A stretch of DNA of 64,000 bases from assembly GCF_054482595.1 (NCBI RefSeq), contig NZ_CM137008.1; one strand, given 5' to 3'. This document shows, piece by piece, positions 1 through 8,927 of the stretch (its first letter is position 1; every line of letters begins with the position of its first letter). The notes under the pieces are model-generated. The model worked only from the letters and a program-made list of their open reading frames with translations, was not told the DNA's origin and searched no databases. Position numbers and translations under genes: made by a program.

Positions 1-431
1 AACTGGCTCGTAAAGAAGATATGCAACTGAGTGCTCATATTAACCCAGAGACATTTGACGTTGAGTTAATTGATGAGAAGGGATCTGTCATTAATCGTAA
101 GTTACTATCTGCCGGTGAAAAGCAGATTTATGCCATTGCTATTCTTGAGGCGCTAGCAAAAACTTCTGGTCGTGATTTGCCGGTGATTATTGATACGCCA
201 TTAGGACGTCTGGATTCACAACATCGGGATAAACTAATTAACCATTATTTCCCATTTGCCAGCCATCAAGTGGTGCTATTGTCTACCGATACGGAAGTGG
301 ATGAACGTTATTTTGTTGACCAATTACGTGATGATATTTCTCATGCTTACGAGATAGTATTTAACACGCATACTAAATCATCAGCGTTGAAGCCCGGTTA
401 TTTCTGGGAATTAACTAAGGAGGCTATCTGA
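1..431 (+). CDS. dndD: DNA phosphorothioation protein DndD, C-terminal part (gene starts upstream of window)
   Basis: Frame is open from position 1; translation contains SMC/ABC-type signature LSAGEKQ followed by D-loop-like IIDTPLGRLD, as remembered for DndD C-termini. Stop TGA at 429-431 overlaps the dndE ATG (TGATG). Confidence 0.75.
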   Translation, partial: LARKEDMQLSAHINPETFDVELIDEKGSVINRKLLSAGEKQIYAIAILEALAKTSGRDLPVIIDTPLGRLDSQHRDKLINHYFPFASHQVVLLSTDTEVDERYFVDQLRDDISHAYEIVFNTHTKSSALKPGYFWELTKEAI

Positions 432-787
432 TGCTCCCGAATCGAATGGTGCTGAATCGTCAGACTGAAGAGCAGCTTAAAAGATTGAAAGGGTATACAG
501 GGATCACACCTAATGTCGCTGCCCGATTGGCATTTTTCCGCTCGGTGGAGAGTGAGTTTCGCTATTCATCAGAACGGGATAATCGGAAACTAGATGGTTC
601 GCTGGTGTTGGATAAGATTACGTGGCTGGGGGAGACATTACAGACTACGGAATTGGTATTGAAGATGCTTTATCCGCAGTTAGCTCAGAAGGATATGGTT
701 AAAGCATGGGCTGCGCATGTGGAGGATGGGATTGCGGCGTTAAGGAATCATAAGAGTCTATTAAACTTTATTAAATCAATAGATTAA
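431..787 (+). CDS. dndE: DNA phosphorothioation protein DndE (118 aa)
   Basis: Small protein directly coupled to dndD; motif GITPNVAARLAFFRS resembles the DndE family; size and position are typical for dndE as last gene of dndBCDE. Confidence 0.7.
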   Translation: MLPNRMVLNRQTEEQLKRLKGYTGITPNVAARLAFFRSVESEFRYSSERDNRKLDGSLVLDKITWLGETLQTTELVLKMLYPQLAQKDMVKAWAAHVEDGIAALRNHKSLLNFIKSID

Positions 788-795
788 GAATTTTT

Positions 796-826
796 AGGCC
801 ATCCAAATTAACAATATGGATGGCCT
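796..826. terminator. Perfect 10-bp inverted repeat (aggccatcca / tggatggcct, 11-nt loop) between convergent dndE and DGQHR genes; possible bidirectional terminator or RNA-stabilising hairpin
   Basis: Inverted repeat read directly from sequence; no clean U-run on either side, so terminator function is uncertain. Confidence 0.35.
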
Positions 827-845
827 GAACAAAATTTAGTCAATT

Positions 846-2006
846 TTAAAAATCTGTTTTGACATTTTCGTTTAAATAATCATATATTTTTCGCTGACCC
901 ACAGTTGTTGATGTATACTCTGTATTTTTTGTAAACTCCTCAGGATTCACAGTTTTCAATGCAGAGCACAGCTTTTCAATATTTTCTTTGTTAATTTTAG
1001 GCATGTCCATCAATTTTTTACGTAGAAACTGAAATAATGCAGAAATACCGACAGATCTAACTAACACTGTGCCTTTCTCAATACATACATTAGCCCAAAA
1101 ATGATCTTTTATCGCTGAAAAATAAATTTTCAATATTTGCTCTATCGCCTTATCATTGCCTTTTATATAAAACCATCGCAATGGGCTTTTATCCTTGCTG
1201 TTTTTATTATCAAGCCTGCCCCTTCCTTTTTCTTTTTCATCCGAATCAATTGCATTGATGGTATATCTATCAGCACGAGGGTTTTTAGATATTAGTGATA
1301 ATACACCATCAATAAATACAGACGATGATATAGACCAGTCATTTTCAGTAATTTCATTCAATACTCTATTTTTTAATCGTCTGTAGAAAGGATATTCATC
1401 TGTTTTATTAAATTTCTCACTAAAATATACAGCAAGCAAATCAGGAGGCCAATACTCTCTGGATATATCATCAAGAGAGTATCCAAAGAGTCTATATGCT
1501 AAACTTTTAGGAACTTTTTGTTGGTTAAAATTAATTGTTGAAAATATAGTTGCTTGATTGGATGGTGGTAATGAGTTATAAATTGAACAAGGTAATTGAA
1601 TATCTTTATTCTTAGCATACTTAAATCCTAATAATCTGTGCTGTCCATCGATAATAGAACATAATCTTAGATTTATATTCGGTATTATTATCTTATATAA
1701 TCAATTCTCACTTTTTTTAAACTCCCATTTGTCATCTTCCTTTGCAGGTGTACCATCTTCATTATGATTGACAGAGAGTATGATTGAGTTTGGAAATGCA
1801 GCCTCATCGGAGTCTATGAATTTTGCTATGTCTAAGGCTCTTGGCATAGACTCTTTCCTCTGCACACCTGATATTTCCCCATCATCCATTTCCGCCTGAT
1901 TCACATAAATACATTTCAATAAATCTTCGGCAGACATAACCGTCTGAAAGAATTCGCCGTATGGTTGGGTGACCTTAATTGCATGGATCTCAATAGAATT
2001 AGACAT
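846..2006 (-). pseudogene. DndB-like DGQHR-domain protein interrupted by an in-frame TGA (codon 102, plus-strand 1701-1703); possibly pseudogene, readthrough gene or sequencing error
   Basis: Minus-strand frame is continuous from ATG at 2006 to stop at 846-848 except for one TGA; N-terminal part has DndB-like AIKVTQPYGEFFQTVM and GVQR motifs, and the region just after the stop reads CSIIDGQHRLLGF (DGQHR signature). Very AT-rich. Confidence 0.65.
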
Positions 2007-2525
2007 TTATAGCCCCTCACCTGGCTCATCATTAGAACTCATATTCCTTAATTCATCAGACACTAATGAATCTGGAGTTACAGGGATTTTAAAATCAGGC
2101 TTAACAACGGTAATGGAAAACCATAATATTATAGTTATAATAAGTGATGAAATTAACATGAAATTGACGTCATTTTTTAATCCAAAAAATAAAAAAACAA
2201 ATGATATGAACCATAAAAATATTGAACAAGATATTCTAACTTGTTTACGGTGCCTTTCAGATAAAGAAATAGGATTTTCGTTCTCGTCATCTCTGGATAA
2301 ACACTCCGCGGCTAATACGCCCAATGTGGTAATAATAAATGAAAAAATAGAAAAACCCAACTGCGTATTATCTTTTAAAAATAATGGGCCAATCCATATT
2401 CCGCAGGTTGATACAAATAATGTCACCAAAGATATAAAAATAAATTTTGGCTGAATAATTCTTGGATATAATCCTAAGATATCTTTCCACAAGTTCACCC
2501 AATGTATCATATCATTTCTCGACAT
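2007..2525 (-). CDS. Small hydrophobic protein with about 4 predicted transmembrane helices (172 aa), function unknown
   Basis: ORF with four long hydrophobic stretches; its TAA stop (2007-2009) directly abuts the ATG of the DGQHR gene (translational coupling); AGGG Shine-Dalgarno-like sequence upstream; 37 bp downstream of the dptH stop on the same strand. Confidence 0.5.
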   Translation of the reverse strand: MSRNDMIHWVNLWKDILGLYPRIIQPKFIFISLVTLFVSTCGIWIGPLFLKDNTQLGFSIFSFIITTLGVLAAECLSRDDENENPISLSERHRKQVRISCSIFLWFISFVFLFFGLKNDVNFMLISSLIITIILWFSITVVKPDFKIPVTPDSLVSDELRNMSSNDEPGEGL

Positions 2526-2562
2526 GCTTTTTACCCTAACCTTGTACTATCTACAAAAATAA

Positions 2563-5500
2563 TCAAAAAACAAGCTCCCAAAACGCTCTATCTCGCATCT
2601 TGCTAACCCGCTTATCCCCATCAACATACAGACTGAAATGTTTTTCAAGCTGCCGAATCTGCCCCATTAACGACTCCTGTTCGCCCTTATCATCCACGTT
2701 GAATACAGCCTTGATATCCGCATTTTTAATTTCGGACACACGATGAATAACCCAGGTTAGAATATATGAAGCGTAATTGTTCTCTCCAGTTTTGAAGTGG
2801 GTAATTTCCTGCGTTGACAGGATCGCTCCAACACCATATTCACGACCTTCCTTAAGGATCTTCCTCAGACTGGAAAAGTCCTGGCGCATAAAGTTATCTG
2901 CCTCATCCACCAGAATCATCTTGGTGAGCTGACGATAATCCCCCTGAATCACTGGCTTGCCGCGTTTTTGCATTTGTGCATAAAACAGATCCAGGGTTAG
3001 CGCAACCACCAGGTTTTGAATCTCTGATGAGTAGCCAGCCAATTCGATAACTGTGACACCATCCACCAGATCATACAGACTCGTCATTTTCTCTGGGTCT
3101 GTTTCAAATATCTGAAACCCAGCTAAGTTATAAAGCGCGGCGTACAATGAGTCTTCTTCTACTTTTTCCTGAGCCAGATATCGCTGCCACACATCTTCTA
3201 TGGTCGGTGCAACACGGTTCCAGGTTGAGCGATCATGAGGCACTATTCCTGCTAATTCATAGCACTCCATGATTAGCGTAACCAGTTTCATACGCTGTTT
3301 CACACCCAGGTTATAGGCTTTCCCCATTGTTTCAGAAAATGCGATTGCGGTATGTCTGGGTAACATGGGCATATCACCAAACAGTGACAAAGGGTTATAA
3401 GGTAGTAACGATAATTGATATTTCTTACCGCCAGTAGCCTTCAGAAAAGCCTCGTCCACATAGTCAGATTTATAATCAAAGATCAGTAAACCAATCGATT
3501 TTCCATCAACGTTACAGGATTGGTTACGCATTAATTGTGTCACCAGCGATTTGGTAAATTGCGTTTTCCCGGTCCCCATCGTACCGATGATGCCTGTGTT
3601 GGTATTCATAAACTTCGTGGTGTTGGTCGGTTCCCAGAATAACGGGGTTTGCCGTGTAGCGTCATGACCAAATAATACTTGTAAGGGTACAGTGCTGACC
3701 TCTGGTGTCGGCTTTGGAATATCAGGTCGTGTGTCTGGCGGTGTCGTTACCTGCACTCCCGATGCTGATGGAGATGGGTGCTCATCACTCTCTGGCTTCA
3801 GACGGTATTTATCTGGTACCCGGTAGCGTTCAGCCAATGGCAATTTACCTTCACGGGTAGTGATTAACGAGGATAGTAATGAATAAGGAATTTCGATCTG
3901 TAAGATATTCGCTGTCGTCTCTTTATAGGAGAGATCGAAGCAAGATCCGCTGTCTACATGTGCAACAACAAAGCCATTAGCATAGTCTTTTAACTCACCC
4001 AACTGATAGTCACCGGTCAACCACCATTCGCGGCGATCCAACAGGGGAGCCAGCTTATCACTGTCCAGCACACCGTACAGCTGAAGTTTCTCTACCTGCA
4101 TCAGCACCTGTCGAATAAAGAGCGCGCGATAAAGTTGCGATGCCAGTGTATGCGGCTCCAGAATATCCTGCTGTAAATAACGTTTAAGCTCAGCAGCCTG
4201 CTGGCCCGCATAGTTGTAATCTGGTCGAGCGCCGGTTTTGACTTCCAGCGGCAGTAAATAGAGACGGTTTTCTTTAAAACCAACAAAGAGCACATCATCA
4301 GAGATTGCGCCTTTACGGTACCCCTGTAGATTTCTTGATAAATCGCTTTCCTTCATCTTTAGCCCGACGTTACCAGATACGCGAATCATTTCGGCTACAG
4401 ATAGCGGTACCCAGCAGATATCAGACTCACTCAGCATGGACTGTACAAATTTATACGCGCCAATGATGCCATATTTCTCTTTGCGCTCTTTTTCACTGGA
4501 GCGCAACATCTTCAGCAACCACTCACCGTTAAAAGCATTAAATTCGGCAAGTAGATGCTGGCTATCAACGGCAGATTGCCCGGACTGGCTTTCGGTCTGG
4601 AGCAGGCGGAGGAATAGATCGACCTGCTTCGTTACCGTCACTGCATCGTAGCCTGCACAACTAGTGTACTGATCGGAATAGTGGATCAGCACAACATCTT
4701 TCTGGCTAGTAAAGAAGTCAAGAGTAACTTTAGGGTCAATAATGGTGGTCCAGAGTGCACTGTTGTAAGAATAATTGAGTAGCTGTTTAAAATTGCCGCT
4801 TACGGCCAATCCAATCCCTTGTCCGTGGTATTGACTGTTGCTCTGACGCGCTGGCTGCCACAGGCAGCCCACTAACCGGGCAAGTCGTAGAGCGCAGTAA
4901 GATTCAGTATCAACATTCCGCAGGCCAAACGCGGTAAAGTAAGCATCCCCCTGTGTTTCAGCTCCTTCTCCGGAAATCAGCCCATGACACAGTACACCGC
5001 TGGCAGCATCCTCAATGCGGATCTGGCGGCAATCCACCGGAGCTGTATTGGTGAAAAACGCCAAATGTGCATAGGCCAATTTGTCGCTTTCTGACGGCAG
5101 GACAAATTTGCTGAACGTTAACCGACTGCGTAACAGGTCAATCAGCATATCGGCCTCAGCTCGCCACGCACCGCGGTTCAGGTCAAGGTCGTTTTTAAGC
5201 TGTTCATAGCTGCCACTCTCGGCAAAGCGATCAAACATATTTGGCAGCAGGCGTTCATCGTAGCAATTTACATGCACCGAAATAGCATGCTCTTTTTCCT
5301 GCTTAAAATATTCCACTAACCCCAGAAACAGTTCTTTCGCTGTTCCCTGATTAATAGCATTAATAATCAATGCATTGTTTCCGGGACTCTGAAATAGCCG
5401 GGCGTAGGCTTCGGTAAATTCATTGAGCTTGTCTTTTACCAAACGTTTTACGTAATCGTGGCTCACCTGGCGCTGGGGAACGACATCGATCCAGAAGCGA

Positions 5501-7638
5501 TTTTCTTCCACCGGCTGCAACTGTGCGTATTCGTGTTCACTGTGGTAAACGAATGGCATCAAGCCGGACACCACCAGACGATCAAGCGTAATGGTCGGTA
5601 GTGTGGCAAATGACGCTGAGTCGTATTGTTCCTGCTCTGCGCAGATAGTTTGTACCAGTTGTAAATGGTAGGCCAACACTAGGGGATGCAACGGGGAGAG
5701 ACGTTCATGACTGTCGACATTACAAATACCCAGATGCAGCAGGCGCTTTTCCTGCGCTGTTAACGCTCTGCTCAACTCGATTTGTTGAAGCGCCTGTTCA
5801 AAGGTCGTCACTATATGGCTTACCAGCGCGCAGTATTCTGCTGACCACGATACTAGGCTAGGTAAAGTACCGCAGCGCTGGTAGTAGAGGAATAATTGGT
5901 CGTAGGCGTTATAGAGATCGGGGTGGATGGCAACGAGTTCATCCAGCGCAAACGCGCTATCGTCATCTCCTGTCCCCAAAAGACGTTGATCAACTAATGA
6001 GGCTTCCAGCGCCAGTAACTGCTGGCGAACACCGACAACCTTGTGTTCGGTATTATCAAGAATGATACGACCCTTCAATCGGTTCCAGGACGCATTCCCG
6101 TCTTCTTTGAACAGTTTATTGAAACGACTCTGGTCAAAAAGTAGCGGTAAGGTTAACCCTTCTTCGGCTCCCGGCCCTTCGATATTGAATGCCAGACAAG
6201 AATCACCTGAAACAAGCTTAAATTGGATCAGATCGCTTTGATTTGCCAGTGTTTCAAAATTCACCAATGCATAATGCTGGCAGTCAATATCACCATTTTC
6301 TTCATCCAGTATACAGACTTGGCTACCCGACTCAGCGATTCGTAGTTCGTTGTCTTCGCGTTGGAGTGTGATTTGTGGTTTACCTGGCTCGATACGGAAA
6401 CAATGCTGAATATCGTCTAGCCAGAATTGTCCTTGTCTGACCAGTAACAGGCGGAACTTGTACTCTTCGGCTGAATTATTGCGATTAGTCAGTTCGAGGC
6501 TAAAGAAGCAGGGATTCCCATCGAAAGGAACCGACGCCATAATACGGGAGCTTTTACCCCCTGCACGACTAATTCGCCAGAAACGCTCTTTTTTTAACTG
6601 ACGATGATGCGCAATTTTTATCTGGTTATCCTGAAGATCGTTGCCCTGAAAGCAAAACTCCAGCTCAGTTTGCGATTGTTCGGGTGGTACCTGTACCAGT
6701 AGGCTGATATCGCGCTTGCCTGCTTTACTTGCGCTTTTCGCCCGTTGCCAAATCACGCCATTTTCGACCGTGATATCATCCAGTACCAGTTTTTGTTCGC
6801 GGTTCTGTTCTTTTTCGTTTAGATAAACAGCGAAATCAAGCTCGCGCCAGTCGTCTTTATCATTGAAATGTTCCTGAATAAATTTGGCGCTGAATTCAGT
6901 TAATACGTTCTCCAGTTGCCCACTGTAGCGTTCAACGCTGTCCTCGATTTGACGAAATAACTTCCTGTTTTCATTCAGTCGGGTATGGAGCTGTTTCTGG
7001 CTAAAATTCAGTAGTTCATCATCTTTAAACAGCGATAGCTCGGAGAAATCCAGATTGCCGTCATCCAGCAGGCGATACAACGACGAGAAGCCAAATACGG
7101 TCGCACCTTCATCCAGTACCGTTGTTCGTTGATCCTTTAATAAGCAACGCGACAACTCTGAACGGTTGTTGTCCGTCGTGATCAACTTTTCCAATTCATG
7201 ACTGAAGGTTTCGGGGTGCCAGATAGCTCCCGGTGCCGCGACGTCTTTTGTGCTGTTAATCAGGGTGTCCAGCATGCTGTTATGAATAATCAGCAGTGCA
7301 GTTTTGGCAAACACCCCGCTGCGGCCAGCAACTTCATCGCGTAAATGGGATATGTAGTTTTCCGTGAATGCTGGCGCTGCGGCTCCGTGCAGCACCGGAA
7401 TAAGCTGAATACCATTACAGGAGAGACAGGCAAGGCGCTGCTCTGGCGCAATTTCCAGATGATTGTCACCTGCCAGGTCAACAAAAGCCTGCCAGAGTTG
7501 TAGAGCATTGTCAGGGTCAGGAGATTTAAACTGGTAACGCTCACCAGGTTGAATAATGCCACTAACCCATTCAATAAAGGTTTCCGCCAGATAGGTTTCA
7601 TACTGTTTTACGGACATACACGGCGTCTCCACTGTCAC
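2563..7638 (-). CDS. dptH: DptH/DndH-like large ATPase/helicase-type protein of the phosphorothioate-dependent restriction module (1691 aa)
   Basis: 5076-bp ORF with Walker A (GIIGTMGTGKTQF) and Walker B-like (ILVDEADNF) motifs; third gene of a three-gene operon adjacent to dndDE; gene sizes match what I recall for dptFGH of Salmonella/E. coli dnd islands. Start may be the downstream ATG at 7617. Confidence 0.75.
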   Translation of the reverse strand: MTVETPCMSVKQYETYLAETFIEWVSGIIQPGERYQFKSPDPDNALQLWQAFVDLAGDNHLEIAPEQRLACLSCNGIQLIPVLHGAAAPAFTENYISHLRDEVAGRSGVFAKTALLIIHNSMLDTLINSTKDVAAPGAIWHPETFSHELEKLITTDNNRSELSRCLLKDQRTTVLDEGATVFGFSSLYRLLDDGNLDFSELSLFKDDELLNFSQKQLHTRLNENRKLFRQIEDSVERYSGQLENVLTEFSAKFIQEHFNDKDDWRELDFAVYLNEKEQNREQKLVLDDITVENGVIWQRAKSASKAGKRDISLLVQVPPEQSQTELEFCFQGNDLQDNQIKIAHHRQLKKERFWRISRAGGKSSRIMASVPFDGNPCFFSLELTNRNNSAEEYKFRLLLVRQGQFWLDDIQHCFRIEPGKPQITLQREDNELRIAESGSQVCILDEENGDIDCQHYALVNFETLANQSDLIQFKLVSGDSCLAFNIEGPGAEEGLTLPLLFDQSRFNKLFKEDGNASWNRLKGRIILDNTEHKVVGVRQQLLALEASLVDQRLLGTGDDDSAFALDELVAIHPDLYNAYDQLFLYYQRCGTLPSLVSWSAEYCALVSHIVTTFEQALQQIELSRALTAQEKRLLHLGICNVDSHERLSPLHPLVLAYHLQLVQTICAEQEQYDSASFATLPTITLDRLVVSGLMPFVYHSEHEYAQLQPVEENRFWIDVVPQRQVSHDYVKRLVKDKLNEFTEAYARLFQSPGNNALIINAINQGTAKELFLGLVEYFKQEKEHAISVHVNCYDERLLPNMFDRFAESGSYEQLKNDLDLNRGAWRAEADMLIDLLRSRLTFSKFVLPSESDKLAYAHLAFFTNTAPVDCRQIRIEDAASGVLCHGLISGEGAETQGDAYFTAFGLRNVDTESYCALRLARLVGCLWQPARQSNSQYHGQGIGLAVSGNFKQLLNYSYNSALWTTIIDPKVTLDFFTSQKDVVLIHYSDQYTSCAGYDAVTVTKQVDLFLRLLQTESQSGQSAVDSQHLLAEFNAFNGEWLLKMLRSSEKERKEKYGIIGAYKFVQSMLSESDICWVPLSVAEMIRVSGNVGLKMKESDLSRNLQGYRKGAISDDVLFVGFKENRLYLLPLEVKTGARPDYNYAGQQAAELKRYLQQDILEPHTLASQLYRALFIRQVLMQVEKLQLYGVLDSDKLAPLLDRREWWLTGDYQLGELKDYANGFVVAHVDSGSCFDLSYKETTANILQIEIPYSLLSSLITTREGKLPLAERYRVPDKYRLKPESDEHPSPSASGVQVTTPPDTRPDIPKPTPEVSTVPLQVLFGHDATRQTPLFWEPTNTTKFMNTNTGIIGTMGTGKTQFTKSLVTQLMRNQSCNVDGKSIGLLIFDYKSDYVDEAFLKATGGKKYQLSLLPYNPLSLFGDMPMLPRHTAIAFSETMGKAYNLGVKQRMKLVTLIMECYELAGIVPHDRSTWNRVAPTIEDVWQRYLAQEKVEEDSLYAALYNLAGFQIFETDPEKMTSLYDLVDGVTVIELAGYSSEIQNLVVALTLDLFYAQMQKRGKPVIQGDYRQLTKMILVDEADNFMRQDFSSLRKILKEGREYGVGAILSTQEITHFKTGENNYASYILTWVIHRVSEIKNADIKAVFNVDDKGEQESLMGQIRQLEKHFSLYVDGDKRVSKMRDRAFWELVF

Positions 7639-8923
7639 TCATTCGCTCCACATTTCCCATACGTTCATAAAACGCTACCAGCGTTTGTGCCGACTGGTTA
7701 TCCAGATAAAATCCGCGCTGTTCAAAGCCGCGCAGCAACTCATGCAGGCGTAGTTTGTCATTTTTACCCACAGTGAGATTGGTCAGCAGCAGCAGACGAT
7801 CCTGATTCAGTACCAGTACTTTTCCCGCCCGACCACGTACCTGAATGAAATCGGTGCAGATCTGGGTTTCAAGCTCGTTGATGTATTTCCGGTTAACTGT
7901 CGCACGATCAGATTTCTTATCCTGAAACTGTTCAACAGCAACGGTTAATAATTGTTTAAAAGCTTCTTCCAGCGTAACGGCTTGCGTATACTTCGATGCC
8001 GAAAGCTCGCGTTTTTCGATAAACTCCTGCAAATAATTATTGAGATCTTGCAGTAATTGAGATGAGTTATCAGAAAAATTTAAGCAATCCTGATAGACCT
8101 GCCAGAGTGGACGCTTCTTATCTCCTTTTATTTGTAGAACTTCCAGCGCGGAGAGTATTGGGAAAAGTTTTTCACTTTGACGAGCGAACCACTTATAACC
8201 AAAGCGTTTTATTTGATCCCGTTCAGAACTGGCTTTTTCAGTGTCGAGAATAAAGAAAAGCGACTTACTTTGTGGCTCGCCGTCCTGCCAGTTGTCCAGA
8301 TTGAGCGCTAGCTGGGCACACCAGCTAAAGGCATATAAACGCAGAGTATTAGTCAGTTCTTGTAACAAATATTGAGGGTGTTCTGCCAAAAACGCCAGAT
8401 CAGACTGAAAACAAGTCACCAGATAGGGAAGGTAGGGTTGTTCTTCAGAGAATGGGCCTTTTCCCAATAACTTTATTTTTTCATTGAGCTTATTTAGCAT
8501 TTGCTGCTCAATGAAGTTCAGCTTATCCTGGATAGGATATTCCAAGCTGAAATCTCCCATTAGATTAGCAAACAGAGTGCCAAGGCGTTTATCGGCCATT
8601 GAAGCGCCACTTATTTTTTCGCCATCAAACTGAGCATGAAATAGTAAAAAAAGCGGAGATACACGAAAGATATCTTCACTGGAAAAATACATCCGTTCCA
8701 GTACAGTCCAGAATGCTGGTTCATCAAGCAATTCTTGCAAATGAGCCTTGCAATCATCGCGAAATTGACTGGGAGTATAGGCATCAATTTTACGCTTCAG
8801 GGCGTAACTAAGCACCAATCCGGTGACAAATTGCCAGTTAATATCATTGTTTTTGTTACGTATCGGCAGATAACTATCCAGTTGATTATTACCTACTTTT
8901 AACGTCGTTGCGATAGGGTACAT
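7598..8923 (-). CDS. dptG: DptG/DndG-like protein (441 aa)
   Basis: 1326-bp ORF between dptF and dptH on the same strand, 4-nt gap from dptF stop; size and context match dptG. Confidence 0.7.
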   Translation of the reverse strand: MYPIATTLKVGNNQLDSYLPIRNKNNDINWQFVTGLVLSYALKRKIDAYTPSQFRDDCKAHLQELLDEPAFWTVLERMYFSSEDIFRVSPLFLLFHAQFDGEKISGASMADKRLGTLFANLMGDFSLEYPIQDKLNFIEQQMLNKLNEKIKLLGKGPFSEEQPYLPYLVTCFQSDLAFLAEHPQYLLQELTNTLRLYAFSWCAQLALNLDNWQDGEPQSKSLFFILDTEKASSERDQIKRFGYKWFARQSEKLFPILSALEVLQIKGDKKRPLWQVYQDCLNFSDNSSQLLQDLNNYLQEFIEKRELSASKYTQAVTLEEAFKQLLTVAVEQFQDKKSDRATVNRKYINELETQICTDFIQVRGRAGKVLVLNQDRLLLLTNLTVGKNDKLRLHELLRGFEQRGFYLDNQSAQTLVAFYERMGNVERMSDSGDAVYVRKTV

Positions 8924-8927
8924 TCCA

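Noticed and set aside
1701-1703. TGA as a selenocysteine codon in the DGQHR gene
   Set aside because: No recognisable SECIS-like hairpin immediately downstream and no precedent for selenoproteins in this family; premature stop or readthrough is more parsimonious.
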